64,000 bases of DNA, taken from NCBI RefSeq assembly GCF_041248615.1, contig NZ_CP158426.1, one strand, 5' to 3'. The stretch is from Escherichia coli (GTDB lineage: Bacteria > Pseudomonadota > Gammaproteobacteria > Enterobacterales > Enterobacteriaceae). Positions 22,604 through 38,257 of this stretch are shown in pieces. A program made the translations under genes and the position numbers. Below the pieces are notes generated by a model, which saw nothing but the letters and a program-made list of their open reading frames with translations, was not told the DNA's origin and searched no databases. Each line of letters begins with the position of its first letter. Within the stretch, counting starts at the first letter, position 1.

Positions 22604-22637
22604 AGGCCCGGCGTATATTGCACCGGGCTTTTTTTTG
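22604..22637 (+). terminator. Rho-independent terminator of gnd
   Basis: ggcccggcg...caccgggc hairpin followed by tttttttt. Confidence 0.55.
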
Positions 22638-22817
22638 CCAAACATCTTATAGACTAAATTTCACTGCTTAATATTAACTTAATAAATATCAGCTATTCTT
22701 ATAAAGAAAATCTGAATTGTTTTTCGTTGCGTTGACCATCTGACAACGTAGCGTTAAAACTTTTAACTCTTATCAGGATGCTAAAAACATCATGATTCAC
22801 AGTTAAGTTAATTCTGA

Positions 22818-23993
<1,176 letters not shown>

Positions 23994-24000
23994 CATCCTG

Positions 24001-24034
24001 TTATCAGGGCTATTTACGCCCTGATTGTCTTTTG
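24001..24034 (+). terminator. Putative terminator after ugd
   Basis: atcagggc tatttac gccctgat hairpin followed by tgtcttttgtt. Confidence 0.45.
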
Positions 24035-24138
24035 TTACTTGCGTAACAATTCATTATTTTTATCAATTATCCTATAGCATTCATGAGGATTATCGCTAAA
24101 CTATGCGGACTTGGAAATTTCCGTCAGTTAGGGTAATG

Positions 24139-25119
24139 ATGAGAGTAGAAAATAATAATGTTTCTGGGCAAAACCATGACCCGGAACAGATTGATTTGAT
24201 TGATTTACTAGTGCAGTTGTGGCGTGGCAAGATGACAATCATCATTTCCGTCATTGTGGCTATTGCCCTGGCTATTGGATATTTGGCAGTAGCGAAGGAG
24301 AAATGGACGTCAACAGCAATTATCACTCAGCCCGATGTGGGGCAAATTGCTGGCTATAACAATGCCATGAATGTTATCTATGGTCAGGCTGCACCGAAAG
24401 TATCGGATTTGCAGGAGACGTTAATTGGTCGCTTCAGTTCTGCCTTCTCTGCATTAGCAGAAACGCTGGATAATCAGGAAGAACCAGAAAAACTTACCAT
24501 CGAACCTTCTGTTAAGAACCAGCAATTACCATTGACTGTTTCTTATGTTGGGCAAACTGCAGAGGGCGCACAAATGAAGTTGGCCCAATACATTCAGCAA
24601 GTTGACGATAAAGTGAATCAAGAGTTAGAAAAGGATCTCAAGGACAACATTGCTCTGGGACGGAAAAACTTGCAGGACTCTTTAAGAACGCAGGAAGTGG
24701 TTGCGCAGGAGCAGAAAGATCTGCGTATCCGTCAGATTCAGGAAGCGTTGCAGTATGCGAATCAGGCGCAGGTGACAAAACCGCAAATTCAACAGACTGG
24801 CGAAGATATCACACAAGATACGTTGTTCCTTTTGGGGAGCGAAGCGCTGGAGTCGATGATTAAGCATGAAGCGACCCGTCCGTTAGTGTTCTCACCAAAC
24901 TACTATCAGACTCGTCAAAACCTGCTGGATATCGAAAGCTTAAAAGTTGATGATCTTGATATTCATGCTTACCGTTATGTGATGAAACCGACGTTACCTA
25001 TTCGTCGCGATAGCCCGAAAAAGGCAATTACCTTGATTCTGGCGGTGCTGCTGGGCGGCATGGTTGGCGCGGGGATTGTGCTGGGGCGTAACGCTCTGCG
25101 TAATTACAACGCGAAGTAA
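24139..25119 (+). CDS. wzzB: O-antigen chain-length determinant WzzB (Cld)
   Basis: Recognised N-terminus MRVENNNVSGQNHDPEQIDLIDL, coiled-coil periplasmic region and C-terminal TM; ORF track start 24103 likely an extension. Confidence 0.85.
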   Translation: MRVENNNVSGQNHDPEQIDLIDLLVQLWRGKMTIIISVIVAIALAIGYLAVAKEKWTSTAIITQPDVGQIAGYNNAMNVIYGQAAPKVSDLQETLIGRFSSAFSALAETLDNQEEPEKLTIEPSVKNQQLPLTVSYVGQTAEGAQMKLAQYIQQVDDKVNQELEKDLKDNIALGRKNLQDSLRTQEVVAQEQKDLRIRQIQEALQYANQAQVTKPQIQQTGEDITQDTLFLLGSEALESMIKHEATRPLVFSPNYYQTRQNLLDIESLKVDDLDIHAYRYVMKPTLPIRRDSPKKAITLILAVLLGGMVGAGIVLGRNALRNYNAK

Positions 25120-25136
25120 TCTTTTCGGTTTTAAAG

Positions 25137-25175
25137 AAAACGGGCAGGGTGGTGACACCTTGCCCGTTTTTTTTG
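25137..25175. terminator. Rho-independent terminator between convergent wzzB and hisI (usable in both directions)
   Basis: acgggcagggtggtgacaccttgcccgtttttttt; T-run on plus strand, U-rich tract also follows on minus strand. Confidence 0.6.
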
Positions 25176-25203
25176 CCGGATGCGACAACAACATCGCATC
25201 CGC
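25175..25203 (-). repeat. REP-like stem-loop just downstream of hisI (possible his operon 3' hairpin)
   Basis: cggatgcga ... tcgcatccg 9-bp inverted repeat with 8-nt loop. Confidence 0.35.
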
Positions 25204-25215
25204 TCAGCACGCCAC

Positions 25216-25820
25216 TCACTGATGCCGTTTACGCAGGTTCTCAATTACCGTCGTTAAATCCAGATCCTGATCCTGCAACAACACCAGCAGGTGATACATC
25301 AAGTCAGATGCTTCGTTGGTCAGTTCAAAGCGGTCATGCACCGTTGCGGCCAGTGCGGTTTCCACGCCTTCTTCGCCCACTTTCTGCGCAATGCGTTTGG
25401 TGCCGCTGGCATACAGTTTGGCTGTGTAAGAGGTTTCCGGGTCGGCAGATTTGCGTTCGGCGAGCAGTTGTTCCAGTTGATACAGGAACAGCCACTGGTG
25501 AGCGGTGTCGCCGAAGCAGCTGCTGGTACCTTTGTGGCAGGTTGGCCCGATTGGATTTGCCAGCACCAGTAACGTGTCGTTGTCGCAGTCCGGAGCAATA
25601 CTCACCACATTGAGAAAATTGCCCGACGTTTCGCCTTTGGTCCACAGTCGCTGTTTAGTGCGCGAGAAGAAGGTGACATTGCCGCTTTCGATGGTTTTGT
25701 CCAGAGCTTCCGGGGTCATATAGCCCAGCATTAACACTTCGCCAGATACCGCGTGTTGCACAATCACCGGCATAAGTCCGTCGGTTTTTTCCCAGTCCAG
25801 TTCGCGACGTTGTTGTTCTG

Positions 25821-25827
<7 letters not shown>
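25216..25827 (-). CDS. hisI: Bifunctional phosphoribosyl-AMP cyclohydrolase / phosphoribosyl-ATP pyrophosphatase HisIE
   Basis: 203-aa ORF, recognised; last gene of his operon. Confidence 0.95.
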
Positions 25828-27905
<2,078 letters not shown>

Positions 27906-27906
<1 letters not shown>

Positions 27907-28972
27907 TACAGCACTCCTTTCGACGAGGGCAGGGTATCGCCTTCCACGCGGATGGCCTGGCGCAGGGTACGACCAAAGGCTTTGAACAGGCTTTCTACAC
28001 GGTGATGATCGTTTTTACCTTTGGTTTTCAGGTGCAGCGTCACGCCCATGGTGTAAGAGAGTGAGCGGAAGAAGTGTTCGATCATTTCAGTGCTGAGATC
28101 GCCCACGCGCTGGTAGGTAAACTCGGCTTTATATTCCAGGTGCGGGCGACCAGAGATATCCAGCGCGCAGCGGGCAAGGCATTCGTCCATCGGTAGCACA
28201 AAACCAAAGCGACAAATACCGCGTTTATCGCCGAGGGCAATTTTTAACGCTTCGCCCAGCGCCAGGCCGGTATCTTCGACGGTGTGGTGATCGTCGATAT
28301 AGAGGTCGCCTTTGACGTTGATTTCCATGCGGAAACCGCCGTGGGTGGCGATCTGATCCAGCATATGATCAAAGAAGCCAACGCCGGTGTTAATCTTGCT
28401 GCCACCTTCGCGATCCAGCCACACCTGGACGTCAATCTGCGTCTCTTTGGTGTTGCGCACTACATGGGCGTAACGGTCTCGTTTAGTGAGTTGCTCGCCA
28501 ATCATCGGCCAGTTCAGGGTTTCGCGGTCGTAGCGTAAACCATTAATGCCCATGTTTTCCGCCAGTTGAATGTCGGTCGCGCGATCGCCAATCACATAAC
28601 TGTTGGCACGATCCATCGCTTGCTCAGCCAGATAACGCTCCACCAGTTTTACTTTCGGCTTACGGCAGTCGCACTCATCGGCGGGCAGGTGCGGACAAAT
28701 CAGCACTTCATCAAACTGCACGCCTTGCGAGGTGAAGATCTGCATCATCAGGTTGTGCGGGCCATCAAAATCCGCCTGTGGGAAACTTTGTGTTCCAAGG
28801 CCATCCTGATTAGTGATCATCACCAGTTTGTAGCCCGCTTTTTGCAGCTTCAGCAGCTCCGGGATCACGCCCGGTTCAAAGGCGAGTTTGTCAAAACGGT
28901 CTACCTGAAAATCACTCGGCGGTTCGCTAATCAGGGTTCCATCGCGATCGATAAAAAGATACTTCTGACTCA

Positions 28973-28973
<1 letters not shown>
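27906..28973 (-). CDS. hisB: Bifunctional histidinol-phosphatase / imidazoleglycerol-phosphate dehydratase HisB
   Basis: [16 protein letters not shown]-terminus; 355 aa. Confidence 0.95.
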
Positions 28974-31344
<2,371 letters not shown>

Positions 31345-31349
31345 GGCGA

Positions 31350-32249
31350 TCACTCCATCATCTTCTCAATCGGCAGCACCAGGATTGAACTGGCACCCAG
31401 CGCTTTCAGTTTTTCCATCGTTTCCCAGAACAGGGTTTCGCTACTGACCATGTGCATCGCTACGCGCTGTTGATCACCTGCCAGCGGCAGAATAGTTGGG
31501 CGTTCGGCACCTGGCAGCAGGGCGATGACTTCATCCAGACGTTCAGTCGGTGCGTGCATCATGATGTATTTTGATTCGCGCGCCTGGATCACGCCCTGAA
31601 TACGGGTCAGCAGCTTGTCGATCAGTTGCTGTTTAGATTCTTCCATTTCGCCATCGCGCTGGATCAGGCAGGCTTTCGAGCGGTAGATAACTTCGACTTC
31701 GCGCAGGCCGTTAGCTTCCAGCGTGGCACCGGTGGAAACCAGATCGCAAATCGCATCCGCCAGTCCGGCGCGCGGGGCGACTTCAACAGAACCGTTCAGT
31801 AAGCAGGATTTAAAAGAGATGCCTTTCTGGTCGAGATAACGCTTGAGCAGGTGAGGATAAGAGGTGGCGATACGTTTACCGTTTAAGGAGAGCGGACCGT
31901 CCCAGGCTTCATCAACCGGCGTTGCCAGCGAAAGGCGGCAGCCGCCGAAATCCAGTCGACGCAGGGTAAAGTAGCGCGGATCTTCACCCTGGGCTCGGCG
32001 GTTAAGCAGCTCTTCTTCCAGCACGTTTTCGCCGATAATCCCAAGGTCTACCACGCCGTCCATTACCAGACCGGGAATGTCGTCGTCACGCACGCGCAGA
32101 ATATCAATCGGCATGTTTTCTGCCATCGCGATCAGGCGCTGGGTGTGAAGATTGATTTTAATGCCACAGCGCGCCAGCAATTCGCGTGAGTCATCACTTA
32201 AACGGCCGGATTTCTGCATAGCTATGCGTAAACGAGTGTTGTCTGTCAT
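31350..32249 (-). CDS. hisG: ATP phosphoribosyltransferase HisG
   Basis: [20 protein letters not shown] track start 32288 is an upstream extension. Confidence 0.95.
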
Positions 32250-32294
32250 TTTCTTATTCCTCTTTAAACCTGTCTGAACCGTTATCAACAGCGC

Positions 32295-32333
32295 AATAAA
32301 AAAGCCCCCGGAAGGTGATCTTCCGGGGGCTTT
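32295..32333 (-). terminator. his operon attenuator terminator hairpin
   Basis: GC-rich inverted repeat agcccccggaag/cttccgggggct followed (minus strand) by a U-run; lies between hisL and hisG. Confidence 0.8.
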
Positions 32334-32394
32334 CTCATGCGTTCATGCACCACTGGAAGATCTGAATGTCTTCCAGCACACATCGCCTGAAAGA

Positions 32395-32445
32395 CTAGTC
32401 AGGATGATGGTGATGATGGTGGTGTTTAAATTGAACGCGTGTCAT
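32395..32445 (-). CDS. hisL: his operon leader peptide HisL (MTRVQFKHHHHHHHPD)
   Basis: Minus-strand reading atgacacgcgttcaatttaaacaccaccatcatcaccatcatcctgactag: seven consecutive His codons. Confidence 0.9.
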   Translation of the reverse strand: MTRVQFKHHHHHHHPD

Positions 32446-32690
32446 AAAAGTCTCTGTGAATGTTTATTCAACTGATGTCTTTTAACCTAAACCACTTTCA
32501 CGTTAGAAAGCAAGGGCTTTTTTATATATTTTATGGCGATGGATTTGTTTAATGAATGAGCGGGGAAAGGAGGGGGCTAAGAGGACTGTCCTCTAACCTG
32601 ACGGCACCAAAAATAGCGAAGCCTGGATTTTCGTCTCACTGACAATATCTTGATCTACAAACTAATTAATAAATAGTTAATTAACGCCCA

Positions 32691-32715
32691 TCATTGTACA
32701 ATGAGCTGTACATAA
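32691..32715 (+). promoter_or_regulatory. yefM-yoeB operator/promoter palindromes with TGTACA cores
   Basis: tcattgtacaatga perfect 14-bp palindrome and second tgtaca 8 bp downstream, 13-37 bp upstream of yefM start. Confidence 0.6.
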
Positions 32716-32727
32716 GAGGAGATTGAT

Positions 32728-32979
32728 ATGCGTACAATTAGCTACAGCGAAGCGCGTCAGAATTTGTCGGCAACAATGATGAAAGCCGTTGAAGATCATG
32801 CCCCGATCCTTATTACTCGTCAGAATGGAGAGGCTTGTGTTCTGATGTCACTCGAAGAATACAACTCGCTGGAAGAGACGGCTTATCTACTGCGCTCCCC
32901 CGCTAACGCCCGGAGATTGATGGACTCAATCGATAGCCTGAAATCAGGCAAAGGAACGGAAAAGGACATTATTGAGTGA
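32728..32979 (+). CDS. yefM: Antitoxin YefM (type II TA system)
   Basis: 83-aa [24 protein letters not shown] recognised; overlaps yoeB by 4 nt. Confidence 0.92.
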
Positions 32980-33230
32980 AACTAATCTGGTCTGAGGAGT
33001 CATGGGATGATTATCTGTACTGGCAGGAAACAGATAAGCGAATTGTTAAAAAGATCATTGAACTTATCAAAGATACCCGCAGAACACCATTTGAAGGTAA
33101 GGGGAAGCCAGAACCCCTGAAGCATAATTTGTCAGGCTTCTGGTCCCGACGCATTACAGAGGAGCACCGTCTGGTATACGCGGTTACCGACGATTCACTG
33201 CTCATTGCAGCATGTCGTTATCATTATTGA
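32976..33230 (+). CDS. yoeB: Toxin YoeB (ribosome-dependent mRNA interferase, RelE/YoeB family)
   Basis: 84-aa [24 protein letters not shown] recognised. Confidence 0.92.
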
Positions 33231-33312
33231 ACAGATTCATTCATAGAATGAATTGTCAGTTTTGATACGCTAGCGTAGCCTTATAGATCTAAGGTGTATC
33301 AGGAGATAACGG

Positions 33313-34137
33313 ATGAAAAAGGTCGCAATTGTCGGGTTAGGGTGGTTAGGCATGCCGCTGGCGATGTCACTTTCAGCGCGAGGCTGGCAAGTCACCGGGA
33401 GTAAAACCACGCAAGATGGTGTCGAAGCGGCCCGAATGAGTGGCATTGATAGTTATCTGCTTCGCATGGAGCCTGAGTTAGTTTGCGATTCTGACGATCT
33501 GGATGCCCTGATGGATACCGATGCGCTGGTCATTACGCTTCCGGCACGTCGTAGCGGCCCCGGCGATGAGTTCTATTTACAAGCGGTACAAGAGTTAGTG
33601 GATAGCGCGCTGGCCCATCGTATTCCCCGCATTATTTTCACCAGCTCAACATCTGTCTATGGCGATGCGCAAGGCACGGTGAAAGAAACTACCCCGCGTA
33701 ATCCGGTGACCAACAGTGGACGAGTATTAGAAGAGCTCGAAGACTGGCTGCACAATTTACCCGGTACTTCGGTCGATATTCTGCGTCTTGCGGGGCTGGT
33801 CGGACCGGGACGTCATCCCGGACGCTTCTTTGCCGGAAAAACCGCCCCTGATGGTGAACATGGTGTTAATTTAGTCCATTTAGAAGATGTTATTGGCGCT
33901 ATCACTCTGTTGTTACAGGCACCTAAAGGCGGACACATCTATAATATATGTGCGCCAGCTCACCCTGCGCGTAATGTTTTCTATCCGCAGATGGCCCGTT
34001 TACTGGGGCTGGAACCTCCGCAGTTCAGAAATAGTCTGGACAGCGGCAAAGGTAAGATTATTGATGGCAGTCGGATTTGTAATGAACTGGGATTTGAATA
34101 CCAGTATCCCGATCCGCTGGTAATGCCGCTGGAGTAA
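33313..34137 (+). CDS. yeeZ: NAD(P)-binding epimerase/dehydratase-like protein YeeZ
   Basis: 274-aa ORF with Rossmann-type N-terminus (VAIVGLGWLG); conserved position. Confidence 0.85.
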   Translation: MKKVAIVGLGWLGMPLAMSLSARGWQVTGSKTTQDGVEAARMSGIDSYLLRMEPELVCDSDDLDALMDTDALVITLPARRSGPGDEFYLQAVQELVDSALAHRIPRIIFTSSTSVYGDAQGTVKETTPRNPVTNSGRVLEELEDWLHNLPGTSVDILRLAGLVGPGRHPGRFFAGKTAPDGEHGVNLVHLEDVIGAITLLLQAPKGGHIYNICAPAHPARNVFYPQMARLLGLEPPQFRNSLDSGKGKIIDGSRICNELGFEYQYPDPLVMPLE

Positions 34138-34182
34138 ACGATCACGCCAGCAGGACGCCGCATGCACTGCAAGGGGGCGTGT

Positions 34183-35112
34183 ATGAAACCACTGCTGGAT
34201 GTGTTGATGATCCTCGATGCCTTAGAAAAAGAAGGCAGTTTTGCGGCGGCGTCGGCCAAACTCTACAAGACGCCGTCCGCTCTGAGTTACACCGTTCACA
34301 AGTTGGAAAGCGACCTTAATATTCAATTGCTTGATCGTAGCGGACACCGCGCTAAATTCACCCGCACCGGAAAAATGTTATTAGAGAAAGGGCGGGAAGT
34401 TCTGCATACCGTGCGGGAACTGGAAAAGCAGGCGATCAAACTGCATGAAGGCTGGGAAAACGAGCTGGTGATTGGTGTGGACGACACCTTCCCTTTTTCT
34501 CTGCTTGCGCCACTCATTGAAGCTTTTTATCAACATCATAGTGTGACGCGCCTGAAGTTTATCAATGGCGTACTCGGTGGTTCCTGGGATGCCCTGACTC
34601 AGGGGCGAGCGGATATTATTGTTGGCGCGATGCATGAGCCACCATCTTCCAGTGAGTTTGGTTTTTCACGGTTGGGCGATCTGGAACAAGTCTTTGCGGT
34701 CGCGCCTCATCATCCGTTAGCCCTGGAAGAAGAACCGTTAAACCGTCGTATCATTAAGCGATATCGGGCGATTGTGGTGGGGGACACTGCGCAGGCCGGC
34801 GCTTCTACGGCCTCACAACTTCTCGACGAACAAGAAGCCATTACCGTTTTCGATTTTAAAACCAAGCTGGAGCTGCAAATTAGCGGCCTCGGCTGCGGCT
34901 ATTTACCCCGTTATCTGGCGCAACGTTTTCTCGATAGTGGCGCGTTAATCGAGAAGAAAGTGGTCGCCCAAACTCTCTTTGAACCCGTCTGGATTGGCTG
35001 GAACGAACAGACCGCAGGACTTGCCAGTGGCTGGTGGCGGGATGAAATTTTAGCAAATAGTGCGATCGCCGGTGTTTATGCAAAATCTGATGACGGAAAA
35101 TCAGCCATTTAA
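34183..35112 (+). CDS. yeeY: LysR-family transcriptional regulator YeeY
   Basis: N-terminal HTH (MKPLLDVLMILDALEKEGSFAAASAKLYKTPSALSYTV); 309 aa from internal Met. Confidence 0.85.
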   Translation: MKPLLDVLMILDALEKEGSFAAASAKLYKTPSALSYTVHKLESDLNIQLLDRSGHRAKFTRTGKMLLEKGREVLHTVRELEKQAIKLHEGWENELVIGVDDTFPFSLLAPLIEAFYQHHSVTRLKFINGVLGGSWDALTQGRADIIVGAMHEPPSSSEFGFSRLGDLEQVFAVAPHHPLALEEEPLNRRIIKRYRAIVVGDTAQAGASTASQLLDEQEAITVFDFKTKLELQISGLGCGYLPRYLAQRFLDSGALIEKKVVAQTLFEPVWIGWNEQTAGLASGWWRDEILANSAIAGVYAKSDDGKSAI

Positions 35113-35198
35113 AGAAAAATTATTATGACAAGCCTCTCATTCTCTTGTCATTTCCCCCCCATTTAGGCACAATGCGCCGCTGTCAAAAAATGACTAAA

Positions 35199-35230
35199 AA
35201 CCGACGTTTCATCAGCGTCGGTTATTTTTT
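35199..35230 (+). terminator. Putative terminator after yeeY
   Basis: accgacg tttcatcag cgtcggt hairpin followed by tattttttg. Confidence 0.5.
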
Positions 35231-35372
35231 GCTTCAAACCAATCATTCATACCAAGAGGCCGGGCTTCGTACCGGATAGATATTTACTAAAAATCGACAG
35301 TTGTTGTCGCTGAGGAATCCAAAAAAATGGGGCAATTTTTTGCTTACGCGACGGTTATCACCGTAAAGGAGA

Positions 35373-36737
35373 ATGACCATGTCGCATAACGTTACTCCAA
35401 ACACCTCTCGCGTGGAATTGCGTAAAACGCTTACGTTAGTTCCGGTTGTAATGATGGGTCTTGCCTATATGCAGCCGATGACGCTGTTTGATACTTTTGG
35501 TATCGTTTCAGGCCTCACGGATGGTCATGTGCCGACAGCCTATGCGTTCGCATTGATTGCGATCCTGTTTACGGCTCTGAGCTACGGGAAGCTGGTTCGC
35601 CGCTATCCTTCTGCTGGCTCTGCATACACTTACGCCCAGAAATCCATTAGCCCGACTGTCGGCTTTATGGTGGGTTGGTCTTCTCTGCTCGACTATCTGT
35701 TCGCGCCGATGATCAACATTCTGCTGGCGAAAATCTATTTTGAAGCTCTGGTGCCTTCCATTCCATCGTGGATGTTTGTGGTGGCGCTGGTGGCCTTTAT
35801 GACCGCCTTTAACCTGCGTAGTCTGAAATCCGTAGCGAACTTCAACACTGTAATCGTCGTGTTGCAGGTAGTGCTGATCGCGGTGATCCTGGGCATGGTT
35901 GTTTATGGCGTATTTGAAGGTGAAGGCGCGGGTACGCTGGCGAGCACTCGTCCGTTCTGGTCTGGCGATGCGCATGTTATCCCGATGATTACCGGGGCGA
36001 CAATCCTGTGCTTCTCCTTTACCGGCTTTGACGGCATCAGCAACCTGTCGGAAGAAACCAAAGATGCAGAGCGCGTGATCCCGCGTGCGATTTTCCTGAC
36101 CGCGCTGATCGGCGGCATGATCTTCATCTTTGCAACTTACTTCCTGCAACTGTATTTCCCGGATATCTCTCGCTTTAAAGATCCGGATGCGTCACAGCCT
36201 GAAATCATGCTGTACGTTGCGGGTAAAGCGTTCCAGGTTGGCGCGCTGATCTTCTCCACCATTACCGTACTGGCGTCCGGTATGGCGGCGCACGCAGGCG
36301 TAGCGCGTCTGATGTACGTAATGGGGCGTGATGGCGTGTTCCCGAAAAGCTTCTTCGGTTATGTACACCCGAAATGGCGTACTCCGGCGATGAACATCAT
36401 CCTGGTTGGCGCGATTGCTCTGCTGGCAATCAACTTCGACCTGGTAATGGCTACGGCGCTGATTAACTTTGGTGCGCTGGTGGCGTTCACCTTCGTTAAC
36501 CTGTCGGTTATTTCGCAGTTCTGGATTCGTGAGAAGCGTAACAAGACGCTGAAAGATCACTTCCAGTATCTGTTCCTGCCGATGTGTGGTGCGCTGACCG
36601 TTGGTGCGCTGTGGGTTAACCTGGAAGAAAGCTCAATGGTTCTGGGTCTGATCTGGGCGGCTATCGGTCTGATTTACCTGGCTTGCGTCACCAAGAGCTT
36701 CCGTAATCCGGTTCCGCAGTACGAAGACGTAGCATAA
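35373..36737 (+). CDS. plaP: Putrescine importer PlaP (YeeF), APC-family amino acid/polyamine permease
   Basis: 454-aa 12-TM-like ORF recognised. Confidence 0.85.
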   Translation: MTMSHNVTPNTSRVELRKTLTLVPVVMMGLAYMQPMTLFDTFGIVSGLTDGHVPTAYAFALIAILFTALSYGKLVRRYPSAGSAYTYAQKSISPTVGFMVGWSSLLDYLFAPMINILLAKIYFEALVPSIPSWMFVVALVAFMTAFNLRSLKSVANFNTVIVVLQVVLIAVILGMVVYGVFEGEGAGTLASTRPFWSGDAHVIPMITGATILCFSFTGFDGISNLSEETKDAERVIPRAIFLTALIGGMIFIFATYFLQLYFPDISRFKDPDASQPEIMLYVAGKAFQVGALIFSTITVLASGMAAHAGVARLMYVMGRDGVFPKSFFGYVHPKWRTPAMNIILVGAIALLAINFDLVMATALINFGALVAFTFVNLSVISQFWIREKRNKTLKDHFQYLFLPMCGALTVGALWVNLEESSMVLGLIWAAIGLIYLACVTKSFRNPVPQYEDVA

Positions 36738-36755
36738 TCATCTTTTCTAATAATA

Positions 36756-36793
36756 AACCGGAGTCGAATGAATATTTGGCTCCGGTTTTTTTA
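36756..36793 (+). terminator. Rho-independent terminator after plaP
   Basis: aaccggag tcgaatgaatatttgg ctccggtt followed by tttttt. Confidence 0.6.
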
Positions 36794-36915
36794 TTCTTTT
36801 TTATCGACATCCTCATTGATAACCATTTGTTCTAATTTAGAGAATTTGGTTATTGGTCTGCATTCCACCAGTCATGAATAATTTCCCCATTAACATTCAT
36901 CTGGTTAATTAATTT

Positions 36916-37974
36916 ATGTTTTCAATGATATTAAGCGGGCTAATTTGTGGTGCTCTGCTGGGATTTGTCATGCAGCGTGGGCGTTTTTGCCTGACAGGTG
37001 GTTTTCGCGATATGTATATCGCGAAAAATAATCGCATGTTTTACGCCTTGCTGATTGCAATTTCGGTACAAAGCGTGGGGGTTTTTGCGTTAATTCAGGC
37101 GGGCCTACTGACTTACGAAGCCGGGGCGTTCCCGTGGCTTGGTACTGTTATAGGTGGGTATCTTTTCGGGCTGGGAATTGTTCTGGCGGGTGGATGTGCC
37201 ACCGGGACCTGGTATCGCGCGGGTGAGGGATTGATCGGCAGTTGGATCGCGCTTTTCACTTATATGGTGATGAGTGCGGTGATGCGTTCTCCACACGCCA
37301 GTGGTTTAAATCAAACCTTGCAGCACTACAGTACTGAACATAACTCTATTGCTGAGACTTTTAATTTGTCTGTGTGGCCGTTGGTTGCCGTTTTGCTGGT
37401 GATAACGCTCTGGGTAGTGATGAAAGAGTTGAAGAAACCAAAATTAAAAGTCGCGACCTTACCACCGCGCCGTACCGGGATCGCTCATATTCTGTTTGAA
37501 AAACGCTGGCATCCCTTTGTCACTGCTGTACTCATCGGTTTGATTGCGCTTTTAGCCTGGCCCCTGAGTGAAGCAACCGGACGCATGTTTGGGTTAGGAA
37601 TCACTTCCCCAACGGCCAATATTCTGCAATTTCTGGTCGCGGGTGACGTGAAATACATTAACTGGGGCGTTTTCCTGGTGTTAGGGATCTTCGTGGGGTC
37701 ATTTATTGCCGCCAAAGCGAGCCGTGAGTTCCGCGTTCGCGCTGCTGATGCACAAACAACATTACGTAGCGGGTTAGGTGGTGTACTGATGGGCTTCGGT
37801 GCCAGCATTGCAGGTGGTTGCTCTATCGGTAATGGACTGGTCATGACTGCAATGATGACCTGGCAGGGCTGGATTGGCCTTGTATTTATGATTCTCGGAG
37901 TCTGGACTGCGTCCTGGCTTGTGTATGTTCGACCGCAGCGTAAGGCGCGACTGGCAACTGCTGCGGCAAATTAA
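36916..37974 (+). CDS. yeeE: Thiosulfate transporter YeeE (TsuA)
   Basis: 352-aa membrane ORF with duplicated Cys-containing halves (GRFCLTGG, GGCSIGNG). Confidence 0.85.
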   Translation: MFSMILSGLICGALLGFVMQRGRFCLTGGFRDMYIAKNNRMFYALLIAISVQSVGVFALIQAGLLTYEAGAFPWLGTVIGGYLFGLGIVLAGGCATGTWYRAGEGLIGSWIALFTYMVMSAVMRSPHASGLNQTLQHYSTEHNSIAETFNLSVWPLVAVLLVITLWVVMKELKKPKLKVATLPPRRTGIAHILFEKRWHPFVTAVLIGLIALLAWPLSEATGRMFGLGITSPTANILQFLVAGDVKYINWGVFLVLGIFVGSFIAAKASREFRVRAADAQTTLRSGLGGVLMGFGASIAGGCSIGNGLVMTAMMTWQGWIGLVFMILGVWTASWLVYVRPQRKARLATAAAN

Positions 37975-37987
37975 GTAAGGTGTAAAG

Positions 37988-38215
37988 ATGGCGATTAAAA
38001 AGCTGGATGTGGTGACGCAGGTCTGTCCGTTTCCACTCATAGAAGCAAAAGCAGCACTGGCAGAAATGGCCAGCGGCGATGAGTTGGTAATTGAGTTTGA
38101 TTGCACCCAGGCAACTGAAGCAATCCCACAGTGGGCGGCAGAAGAAGGGCATGCCATCACCGATTATCAGCAGATTGGCGATGCAGCGTGGAGCATCACC
38201 GTTCAAAAAGCCTGA
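37988..38215 (+). CDS. yeeD: TusA-like sulfurtransferase YeeD (TsuB)
   Basis: 75-aa ORF with CPFPL motif (VCPFPLIEAK). Confidence 0.88.
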   Translation: MAIKKLDVVTQVCPFPLIEAKAALAEMASGDELVIEFDCTQATEAIPQWAAEEGHAITDYQQIGDAAWSITVQKA

Positions 38216-38226
38216 CTCAAAATTGT

Positions 38227-38250
38227 CCTCCGCCGTACTAGCGGCGGAGG
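38227..38250. terminator. Bidirectional terminator hairpin between convergent yeeD and sbcB
   Basis: cctccgccg tactag cggcggagg perfect 9-bp inverted repeat. Confidence 0.6.
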
Positions 38251-38257
38251 CTTCACA

